This document shows, one piece after another, positions 28,577-36,633 of a DNA stretch of 64,000 nucleotides. The translations under genes were made by a program, and so were the position numbers. The notes beneath the pieces were generated by a model. That model worked only from the letters and a program-made list of their open reading frames with translations, did not search any database and was not told where the DNA came from. Location: contig JAXLQJ010000005.1 of NCBI GenBank assembly GCA_046331705.1, forward strand, positions 124,001-188,000, in the 5' to 3' direction. Every line of letters begins with the position of its first letter. Within the stretch, counting starts at the first letter, position 1. Origin of the DNA: a bacterium (GTDB lineage Bacteria; JADJOY01).

Positions 28577-28949
28577 CGCCGCACGGTCGGAGGACCGACT
28601 CCACGCCGACGCGGACCGTGCGCTCACGACGCGCACGCACGCCCCCGAGGAAGCCGCCCGGAGGTGCCCGCCCGGAGGTGCCACCTTCGAGCCGGCGATC
28701 TCTGCTGCCTCCGAGCAGCACGAGCGGGTGCACGCGATCGGGTCGCAGCAAGCTCCGGCGGAGCGAGATCTCGCGCCCACTCGCTGTGTCATCTGCGTCA
28801 CGTTTCTGGCCTCCGTGTGTCGAATCTGAACGGGCTGGTTCGGCAGCTCGAGACCGGATTCGTGCTCCCGCGCGCGATGCACGCGAGCGCGCCTCGGAAA
28901 TCACGAGACTTTTTCGGGTGTGGGGCCCGGGGACGAGTCGATGGCTCCC

Positions 28950-28964
28950 TGGCACCTCGCTTGC
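28950..28964 (+). promoter_or_regulatory. sigma54 (-24/-12) promoter
   Basis: TGGCAC-CTCGC-TTGC, an exact TGGCAC-N5-TTGC consensus, located in an intergenic region. Confidence 0.75.
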
Positions 28965-28975
28965 GATGGGGTCAG

Positions 28976-29074
28976 GGCACTTCGCGAATCCCTCTCCCCA
29001 GGGTCGCGCCGACTGCGCGAGACCGGCCTCCGAGCCCCGCTTCCCAGCGAGGCTCGCGAGGTCGGTCCTTTTTT
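28976..29074 (+). ncRNA. Putative sigma54-dependent small RNA (~100 nt, three stem-loops, C-rich loops)
   Basis: Lies between the sigma54 promoter and an intrinsic terminator; hairpins CCCT-CTCCCC-AGGG, TCGCGC-CGACT-GCGCGA and the long terminator stem; no credible ORF. Confidence 0.6.
29021..29074 (+). terminator. Rho-independent terminator
   Basis: GACCGGCCTC/GAGGTCGGTC + CGAGCC/GGCTCG + CGCT/AGCG stem, TCCC loop, followed by TTTTTT. Confidence 0.8.
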
Positions 29075-29154
29075 GTGTGGCCTTCGCTCCTGCGTCGTCC
29101 TTGCGTGCGCTCGTCGGAGCATGCGAAACCCGCTCGCGAGCGGACGAGCGGGTT

Positions 29155-30246
29155 GTGAACTTCCGAGCTTCCCACGGCACCGCCCGACGGGCAGGAATCG
29201 CGGCGCTCGTCCTCACGGCGCTGGTCGCGGCGAGCTGCGAATCGAACGCACCCACCGCCCCCGCGGACTGTTTCGACCCCCGAGCGTGCAGCCTCGCCGA
29301 CGCCGCTGCGACCGCGGGCATTCGCGTGGGCGTGGCCGCCGCACCGGGCGATCTCGCCGTCGAGACGCTGGTCACGCGCGAATTCGACGCGCTCAGCCTC
29401 GAAGGCGAGCTGCTCTGGGAACACGTCCACCCTGCGCGTGACCGCTGGGACTTCGACGCCGCCGATCGCACCCTCGCGTTCGCGGCGGCGCATCACCTGG
29501 AAACGACCGCTACGCACTTTCTGTGGGACCAGGCGGTGCCCATCAGCTCCACCCCCGACTGGGTGAAGGCGATCACCGATCCCGACGAGCTGCGGGCGGT
29601 GATGCGCGAGCACATGCGCATGCTGGGCCAGCGCTACGGCAAACAGGTGACGCGCTGGAACGTCGTCAACGAGCCGCACCGCTACTTCGACGACGTTCTC
29701 TATCCCAACCACTTCCACCGCGTGCTCGGTCCGGACTACATCGCGGAGGCGTTCCGGATCGCCGCCGACGAGGCGCCGCGATCCCAACGCTGGCTCAACG
29801 AGATCCTCACCGAGTACGAGCCCAAGAAGGCGGACGCGCTGGTGCGGCTGGCGCGCGATCTGGTGGAACGCGGCGTTCCGATCGACGGCGTGAGCCTCCA
29901 AGGCCATCTCTTCGTGGGCGAGGCGGACTGGGAGATCGTGCGCGACACGCTGGCGCGGCTCTCGGCCCTCGGCCTCGCGACCGGGTTCTCCGAGGTGGAC
30001 GTGCCGGTGCTGCCGTTCTCGCCGGATCGGCTCCAGATTCAGGCCGACCGCACCGTTCGCCTCATCGACGCGTGCCTCGCCGCGCCGCGCTGCGGCTCGA
30101 TCACCTGGTGGGGGATCGACGACTCCGTCTCGTGGCTGAACTGGTTTCTCGCGCCAGGGCTTTCGCCGTTGCTCTTCGACGAGTCCCTCGCACCCAAACC
30201 CGCCTACTTCGCCGCCAAGGAACGCCTCTTCCGCGGCCGCGAATGA
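29155..30246 (+). CDS. Glycoside hydrolase family 10 (endo-1,4-beta-xylanase-like) lipoprotein
   Basis: Lipobox VAASC; WNVVNEP acid/base; GPDYIAEAF; IDGVSLQGH; FSEVDV nucleophile; WGIDD..SW; PKPAY. Confidence 0.82.
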   Translation: MNFRASHGTARRAGIAALVLTALVAASCESNAPTAPADCFDPRACSLADAAATAGIRVGVAAAPGDLAVETLVTREFDALSLEGELLWEHVHPARDRWDFDAADRTLAFAAAHHLETTATHFLWDQAVPISSTPDWVKAITDPDELRAVMREHMRMLGQRYGKQVTRWNVVNEPHRYFDDVLYPNHFHRVLGPDYIAEAFRIAADEAPRSQRWLNEILTEYEPKKADALVRLARDLVERGVPIDGVSLQGHLFVGEADWEIVRDTLARLSALGLATGFSEVDVPVLPFSPDRLQIQADRTVRLIDACLAAPRCGSITWWGIDDSVSWLNWFLAPGLSPLLFDESLAPKPAYFAAKERLFRGRE

Positions 30247-30293
30247 GGACGTCCACTCACCAGCGCGAGCGGCGCGAGCGGCGCATTCGCAGC

Positions 30294-31082
30294 TCAGCGG
30301 AACCAGCTCGCGAATCGCTGCGTCGCCGCTCGAAACAGACCCGACTCTGGGGGCCGCGGCGGTTCCGCCTGCCGCAGCGGATGATCACCAAGATCCGGCC
30401 AATACTCGCTCGGTTCGCGCGCCCAGGGCGCGCGATGCCGCGGATTGCGCGGATCCCGCCCTTCGAAACTCGCCTGGGCCTCACAATCGTGCAGCACCGA
30501 CGAAACGTCACTCGCCACTCGCTCCAGAAAGGACGCGGCCGTCTTCGCCAGCGGATGGATCACGTTGCGGCGCGACTCGGGTGCAAGGTAGTGCACGTGA
30601 CCGGCGCGATCGCCGCTTCGAACGAGCGTCAAGAAGCCGTGGCTCGACGAGCAGCCGAAGACGAGCCAAGAATCGTCGGGCGGGTAGATCGAAGCGGCGG
30701 CCGTCCACTTGTTGCGCTCGACGATCCACCGAAGATCACCGCCAGGCTGAAGGCGCCGCGTCGCGGGAAGCCAGTCGACGATGGGTAGCAGTCGGAGCAA
30801 CGGCTCCGGCCCGCGTTCCGATCGGAGGATGCAGATCTCGGCGCCGTCCGCGACGTCGTAGAGCGACCGCAATCCACCAGCGGGCAGCTCGGGCGGTCCG
30901 AGCAGCGTGGCGGCGCGCTGGAGCGCGAAGCCGGGTGGGGGTGGCCCGAGGAAGTGCTCGACGGGAACTGCAACCTCGGGCAATCCCGCGAGCTCGATCG
31001 CGGGAAAGAGCAAGCCCGGGTCGAGATCGTCGAAGAGGCTGAGGAACGAACGCGCCGTTGGCTTCCGCGGCAGGCGACTCAC
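30294..31082 (-). CDS. Hypothetical protein (weak SMI1/KNR4-like resemblance)
   Basis: GTG overlapping the GGDEF stop (GTGA); globular-looking composition; LRSLYDVADGAEI segment. Confidence 0.5.
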   Translation of the reverse strand: MSRLPRKPTARSFLSLFDDLDPGLLFPAIELAGLPEVAVPVEHFLGPPPPGFALQRAATLLGPPELPAGGLRSLYDVADGAEICILRSERGPEPLLRLLPIVDWLPATRRLQPGGDLRWIVERNKWTAAASIYPPDDSWLVFGCSSSHGFLTLVRSGDRAGHVHYLAPESRRNVIHPLAKTAASFLERVASDVSSVLHDCEAQASFEGRDPRNPRHRAPWAREPSEYWPDLGDHPLRQAEPPRPPESGLFRAATQRFASWFR

Positions 31083-32200
31083 CGGTTCTCGGTGATGTCG
31101 GTGAGGCGAGACTTCTGGCCGGGCATGGCTGCGAGGACGCGGTTGCGCCCCGACCGCTTGGCTTCGTAGAGCCACTCGTCCGCGCTCTTCAAGAGCTCGT
31201 CGGCGGTGGCGGCGTCCTCGGGAAAGGTCGCGATGCCGCCGCTCAGCGTCACGGCGCCGCGCGGCTGGCGCTCCGCGTGCGGGAACGGGTGCTTCTCGAC
31301 GAAGCGCCGGAAGCGATCGGCCATGAACTCGGCCACGTCCTTGGGCGTGCGGCGGAAGAGCACCACGAACTCCTCGCCGCCGTAGCGTGCCGACACGTCC
31401 ACGGCGCGCGGGAAGTTCTTCTTCACGAGCATCGCCAGCTCGGAGAGCACCGCGTCTCCCGCGGGATGGCCGTTGGTGTCGTTGTAGTGCTTGAACCAGT
31501 CGATGTCGAAGAGGAAGAGCGAGAGCTGCTTGCCGGTGTCGCGCGCCTCCTCGACCTCGCGCGCGAGATTGTCGAGGAAATAGCGCTTGTTCTTGAGACC
31601 GGTGAGCGAGTCGGACTCGGCGCGCTCCTCGAGCTGGCGCGTGAGCGCCGCCTGCTTGAGCGCCGTGCCCGCCACCACGCCGAGGCTCGCGAGCAAGCTC
31701 TTGGTACCCGGTGTCAGGCCCGGCTCGACGCCGCCCATCGCGACGACGCCCAGCACCTCGCGCTCCCACACGATCGGCGCGGCCACGTCGAGCCCGTCGT
31801 CGCAGGGGCGAACGGGACGGCGCTCACGATCGTTGATCGCGAACAGGCCACGCGCCGCGTCGCGGCTCACCACCACGGCGCCCATCGCCGCCCGGCCCAC
31901 GAGCCCGATGCCGGGCTCGACGTCGAAGCTGCTGCGCCGGTCCTGCTCGTAACCCTTGAGCGCCCGCGGCTCGACGGGTCCGCCGCGCTGAGCGCGCAGC
32001 AGCACGATGATCCGGCGCGGCTGGAAGAGCGTGTCCACCGCCTCCAGCAAGACGTCGGGGATGTCGCGTTCGGGAAGCCGCCGCGAGAATCCGCGCAGCA
32101 CTTCGGGCAAGCGGTGGACGCGCTCGACGAGATGGCTGTACGCCGAGCGCGCGACCCCACCGTGGTCGCCCCCACTGCGGGAAGGTGGCTCGAACAACAT
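31079..32200 (-). CDS. GAF-domain diguanylate cyclase
   Basis: DSLTGLKN, DIDWFKHYNDTNGHPAGD, RAVD I-site, RYGGEEF, LYEAKRSGRN. Confidence 0.9.
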   Translation of the reverse strand: MLFEPPSRSGGDHGGVARSAYSHLVERVHRLPEVLRGFSRRLPERDIPDVLLEAVDTLFQPRRIIVLLRAQRGGPVEPRALKGYEQDRRSSFDVEPGIGLVGRAAMGAVVVSRDAARGLFAINDRERRPVRPCDDGLDVAAPIVWEREVLGVVAMGGVEPGLTPGTKSLLASLGVVAGTALKQAALTRQLEERAESDSLTGLKNKRYFLDNLAREVEEARDTGKQLSLFLFDIDWFKHYNDTNGHPAGDAVLSELAMLVKKNFPRAVDVSARYGGEEFVVLFRRTPKDVAEFMADRFRRFVEKHPFPHAERQPRGAVTLSGGIATFPEDAATADELLKSADEWLYEAKRSGRNRVLAAMPGQKSRLTDITENR

Positions 32201-32374
32201 GGATTCAGGGCCTCGACCTTCCCGGGTGAACGACCTCGCCCGGTGCTGCTCAAGAGAATCGCATCGACACGGGTCCGCGCGCTAGAGCAGCGCCACTGCG
32301 ACCCGCGCGGAGCCACCCGGCGGGGATCGCATCATCCGCCTCGTTTCGACCTCGAGGCGGCGGGTACCGCCCAT

Positions 32375-33790
32375 TCAGCGCGCACCGAAGCGCAGCTTCT
32401 CGGCGGCGAAACCGAGCCCCGAGCGCCGTGAGCTGCTGGCGTTCTTGCGTTCCTCGCGCTCTTTCTCCTTGCGCGACTCGAAGAGCCGAATCTCGCGCAG
32501 GGCTTCGTGGCTCTTGGGATCGAGCTTGAGCGCCGCGCGGTAGTAGCTGAGCGCCTTGTCGACGTCGCCGCGGGCCTTCCAGTAATGGCCGACCCCGATC
32601 CGATAGGACGCGTTGTTCGGCTGTAGATCGACCGCCTTGCGCAGCGACGCCTCGATCGCCTGGCGATTCGCCGAGCTCTCCACGCCGCGCGCGCGCTGCA
32701 GCGATTGCGCGAGCAGGAAGTGGTACTCGGCCTCGGTCGCGTGAAGCGCGATCGCTCGCTGGAAGTGCTGGATCGCCACCTCGAAGTTCGCCTGCTTGAA
32801 GGCCAGCCGTCCCTTCTCGTGGTCGATCATCGCCTCGATGATGGCGCTGGCCTCGAGGCGCTTCTTCTCGCGCTCGGGGTCGGCGAGCTTCTTCAGGTAC
32901 TCCTGACGGCTCGCGTCGGTGCGCAGGTCCTGGAACGCTTGGTTCAAGCGCGACGCGAGCTCGCGCACCTTGGAGAGCTCGTCCTCTTTCATGACCGAGA
33001 GGAAGCGGTCGGGATGGTATTGCTTGGCGAGCTTGAAGTAGGCCGATTTGATCTCGTCGAGCGGTGCGTCCTGCTTGACGCCCAAGAGCTCGAACCAGTT
33101 GCGCTTCATGAGCTCGGCGTGCTGCGCGAGGAGCTCCGTCCGCGCGGCTTCCATCGAGTCGGGCGCCTTCGCCGGCTCGGGCGCGGCGGGCTTGGTCTCG
33201 GCGCCGGGCGTCGTCGCCGCGGGCGCGACCGCGCTCGCGGCCGTGGGCGTCGCCGTCGCCGCCGGCTTCGCGGGGTGCAGCGGGAGCACCACCGGCTTGG
33301 CAGCTTGAGGTGCGCTCGGCGCGGCCGGCGTGATCACCGCCGCAGCGGGCTTCGCCTCGGCGGTCGCGATCTGCGCCAGCGCCGCCGGGCGCGCCGGCGC
33401 GCTCAGGTGCGGTGGGATCTCCGCAGGCGAGGGCGAACGCGGCGTGTCCACGCGATCGGTGGGGGCCTCGCGAAACCGCGATTCCCTGTCGCCACCACTC
33501 GCGGGGGCCGCGGCGGCCGCGGAAGCCTCCGCGACCCCGGGCGCACCACGAGGAGGTGGCGTGGCGGGCGGTGGGGGCGGCGACACGGCAGGCGCGGAGG
33601 GGGGCGCGGAGACAGCCGATGGCGCCTCGGCGGACGGGGCACCGGCGAGCTTGATGTTGCTCGGCGCCTGGTTTCGATCCACGATCACCAACGCGGCACA
33701 GCTCGGGCACTTGAACTGGAAGCGCTGATGGTGGATGCCATCCAGGTTCAGATTGAACGCCGCCTGACACTTTTCACAGGTGATTCGCAT
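32375..33790 (-). CDS. MJ0042-type zinc ribbon + Pro/Ala linker + DnaJ domain + TPR protein
   Basis: MRITCEKC..KCPSC; low-complexity linker; NWFELLGV..IKSAYFKLAKQYHPD; TPR helices. Confidence 0.85.
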   Translation of the reverse strand: MRITCEKCQAAFNLNLDGIHHQRFQFKCPSCAALVIVDRNQAPSNIKLAGAPSAEAPSAVSAPPSAPAVSPPPPPATPPPRGAPGVAEASAAAAAPASGGDRESRFREAPTDRVDTPRSPSPAEIPPHLSAPARPAALAQIATAEAKPAAAVITPAAPSAPQAAKPVVLPLHPAKPAATATPTAASAVAPAATTPGAETKPAAPEPAKAPDSMEAARTELLAQHAELMKRNWFELLGVKQDAPLDEIKSAYFKLAKQYHPDRFLSVMKEDELSKVRELASRLNQAFQDLRTDASRQEYLKKLADPEREKKRLEASAIIEAMIDHEKGRLAFKQANFEVAIQHFQRAIALHATEAEYHFLLAQSLQRARGVESSANRQAIEASLRKAVDLQPNNASYRIGVGHYWKARGDVDKALSYYRAALKLDPKSHEALREIRLFESRKEKEREERKNASSSRRSGLGFAAEKLRFGAR

Positions 33791-34042
33791 GAGTCGTCGC
33801 CCCGCCCTCGACCGAGCTTCCGTGAGCATGGAAGCCTTGGTAGCGGGGAAAGCAGTTTCCGTACCGATCGCGCCGGACGCGAGCCGCGAGCGGCCTGCCG
33901 ACGATTGGTGACAATCCGAATGAACTCGGCCGTTTCCCGATGGGCTCGGCATGCCACGCGAAACCGCCTGGCCCGCAGACCGCCGACCACCTGACGGTTC
34001 GTCACACCTCTGACGCCCAAGACGTACCCTCTGGAGACTTCC

Positions 34043-34312
34043 ATGATCGAGAACGTGTCGAGCTTCGCCCGCGCCGCCGACGTCGTGATCGATCTGCTTC
34101 GCGAGATGCTCGACGAGCTCCGCGGCATGCGGATCGAAGTGACCCAGACGCTGGGGTCCATCCGAACGGACCTCACGACGCTGCAAGCCGAGCTGGACCG
34201 GGTGGGCAAGGCGCTCGTGCAGTCGCCCGACACGCCGCCACCACCGCGCCCCTCGCCCGTGCACCGGTCGGCCACCAAGCACGCCACGCGCGGCCCCGCC
34301 CGCCGCCGCTGA
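34043..34312 (+). CDS. Small hypothetical coiled-coil protein
   Basis: GGAG RBS upstream; heptad-like Leu pattern; divergent from the DnaJ gene. Confidence 0.5.
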   Translation: MIENVSSFARAADVVIDLLREMLDELRGMRIEVTQTLGSIRTDLTTLQAELDRVGKALVQSPDTPPPPRPSPVHRSATKHATRGPARRR

Positions 34313-34518
34313 GCGGCTCGCCCGGCTCCCGCGCGGCCGCCCGCTGACCCGGGAGCGGACTGGTATGGTTGGCGCATGGGCGGCGTTGGGACGGGCACGC
34401 AAACCCTCCGCCGGCGGAACCGTTCACGGCGGACGCCGCACTCGAGTTTCTCGACCGCACCGATCACGCCGCCGGCGTCAGGCATCGACGACTCGCGACG
34501 AACGACGTGCCGAGCCCG

Positions 34519-36633
34519 ATGAGCTCCCACGCCCCTGCTAGCCGCGACGTGCCGCTGGTCCGCCAGCTCGAAGCGCCATCCGAGCTGCGCGGCATCTCGG
34601 TGATCCTGTTCAGCGGCGGACGCGGCACCAGCTCGATCGCGCGGGCGCTGGTCGCGCACCCGCAGGTGCGTCTGACGGTGCTGGTGAACGCGTACGACGA
34701 CGGACTCTCGACCGGCCGGCTGCGGCGCTTCGTCCCCGGCATGCTCGGTCCCTCGGACGTGCGCAAGAACGCCGCGGCGCTGATGCCGACGGACGAGCGT
34801 TGCCAGCGCGCCCTGCAAGCCATCCTCGAGCACCGGCTTCCCGAAGGGATCTCGCGTGACGCGGCACGCGCCGTCCTTCGCGCCCTCGCGGGCCGCGGCG
34901 AGGCGCCGGTCGATTTCCGTCACGCGCAGCTTCTGCCGCAGTTGAGCCTCCGCCAGGCGAGCGAGCTCGCGCGCGCGCTGGACGCCTTCGCGGCGCACGA
35001 GGAGGCCGCCCATCGCGCGGGGACGGACTTCGAGTTCGGCGACTGCTCGCTGGGGAACCTGGTGTTCACGGGCGGATACCTCGACCGCGGACACGACTTC
35101 AACGCCGCCGTCGACTGGTTCGGTGCGCTCTGCGAGTCGCGCGCACGGATCTGCAATCTGACGGACGGCCGGAACCTGGTGCTGGTCGGCTTGAAGGCGG
35201 ACGGACGATTCCTGCCCGACGAAGCCTCGATCGTCGCTCCCCAGGACGCGACGGCGATCGAGGAGATCTTCTTGCTGCCGGACTATCTCGGCGCGGACGA
35301 ACGCCGCGATCTCGAGCGTCTCGACCTCGCGGGCCGCCGCCGTTTCCTGCGCGAGCGGGAACGCGCTCCCGAGCCGAACCCGGCGGCCGTCGCGGCGCTC
35401 GAGCACGCGGACGTCATCGTGTACGGCCCGGGAACCCAGCACTCCTCGCTCTTCCCGAGCTATCTGACCCGCGCCGTTCCCGACGCCATCGCGGCCAACC
35501 AGCGCGCCGTCAAGGTCTTCATCGCCAACCTCCACGAGGACCACGACATCCGCGATCGCTCGCTCGCCGAGATCCTCGACCTCTTCGCTTTCTACATGAG
35601 CGGCAAGCAACCGACGCGGCGGCCGCCGCCGACGCTGGTCACCCGGCTCTTCGCGCACGCGCCCGACGCCGTCGCGACGGGCACCAACCCGCTCGCGACG
35701 TGTCTTCCGCTCGAGACTCCGGCCGACTTCGCCTCGATCACCGCGCGCGACTGGGAGCTCGGCGGCGGTCGCCACTCCGCGGGGATGACCGTGGAGGAGA
35801 TCTTGCGGCTGGTGGGCAGCGCCCAGGGCCTACGGGTGCGGCCGACGCGCGAGATGGTGTCGATCGTGGTGCCCGCGCTCGACGAGGAGCGCAGCGTGGG
35901 CGCCGTGCTCGACGAGCTCTTGGCGCTGCGCTTCGCGGCGCCGACACTCGAGCTCGAGGTCGTGCTGGTCGATGGCGGCTCGCTCGACGCCACCGCCTCG
36001 ATCGCACGTTCCCGGGCCGGCGTGCGGGTCTACGAGCTGGCACGCGGCTCCGGGCGGGGTGCCGCGCTCAGGCTCGGGATCGAGAAAGCGCGCGGCAACG
36101 TGATCGTGTTCTTCCCCGCCGACGGCGAGTACCGCGCCTCCGACGTGCTGCGCGTGGTGGAGCCCGTGCTCGCCGACGAGTACCTCGCGGTCTTCGGCAG
36201 CCGCGCGGTGAAGTGCGTGGACCTCACCGGACGGCTCAAGTCGATCTACGGCGACGACACGCTCGGCTACCTGGTGGGCAAGTACGGAGGCATCGCGATC
36301 AGCATCGCGTCGCTCTTGCTCTACAACCGCTTCGTCACCGATCCGCTCACGACGCTCAAGGCCTTCGACGCGTCGCTGCTCAAATCGCTCGACCTGCGCG
36401 CCCGGGGCGTCGATCTCGAAGGCGAGATCGTCGCCAAGCTCTGCGAGGCGCACGAGTACATCCTCGAGGTCCCCGTGTCCTACGCGCCGCGCACCAAGGC
36501 CCAGGGCAAGAAGACCCGGGTCGGCGGCGGCCTGCAGGTGATCGCGCGGCTGGTGACGCAACGCCTGCGCCTCGCGCTGCGCCGAACGCTTCAGAAGCGC
36601 GAGTCGAGAGCCGTCCAGACGAGCGCGCGATAG
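34519..36633 (+). CDS. CofD/YvcK (2-phospho-L-lactate transferase-like) domain fused to a GT2 glycosyltransferase
   Basis: FSGGRG, NAYDDGLSTGRLR, PSDVRK, SLGNL, ADVIVYGPGTQHSSL; GT2 part SIVVPALDE, VDGGS.D, EVPVSYAPR..GKK. Confidence 0.8.
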   Translation: MSSHAPASRDVPLVRQLEAPSELRGISVILFSGGRGTSSIARALVAHPQVRLTVLVNAYDDGLSTGRLRRFVPGMLGPSDVRKNAAALMPTDERCQRALQAILEHRLPEGISRDAARAVLRALAGRGEAPVDFRHAQLLPQLSLRQASELARALDAFAAHEEAAHRAGTDFEFGDCSLGNLVFTGGYLDRGHDFNAAVDWFGALCESRARICNLTDGRNLVLVGLKADGRFLPDEASIVAPQDATAIEEIFLLPDYLGADERRDLERLDLAGRRRFLRERERAPEPNPAAVAALEHADVIVYGPGTQHSSLFPSYLTRAVPDAIAANQRAVKVFIANLHEDHDIRDRSLAEILDLFAFYMSGKQPTRRPPPTLVTRLFAHAPDAVATGTNPLATCLPLETPADFASITARDWELGGGRHSAGMTVEEILRLVGSAQGLRVRPTREMVSIVVPALDEERSVGAVLDELLALRFAAPTLELEVVLVDGGSLDATASIARSRAGVRVYELARGSGRGAALRLGIEKARGNVIVFFPADGEYRASDVLRVVEPVLADEYLAVFGSRAVKCVDLTGRLKSIYGDDTLGYLVGKYGGIAISIASLLLYNRFVTDPLTTLKAFDASLLKSLDLRARGVDLEGEIVAKLCEAHEYILEVPVSYAPRTKAQGKKTRVGGGLQVIARLVTQRLRLALRRTLQKRESRAVQTSAR

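Noticed and set aside
28548-28829. 93-aa plus-strand ORF and overlapping minus-strand ORFs between the kinase and GH10 genes
   Set aside because: No RBS or recognisable motifs; the region is better explained as regulatory or structured non-coding sequence.
34519-35850. Coenzyme F420 biosynthesis (cofD)
   Set aside because: Motifs are closer to YvcK-like proteins, the domain is fused to GT2, and no cofC/E/G/H genes are nearby.
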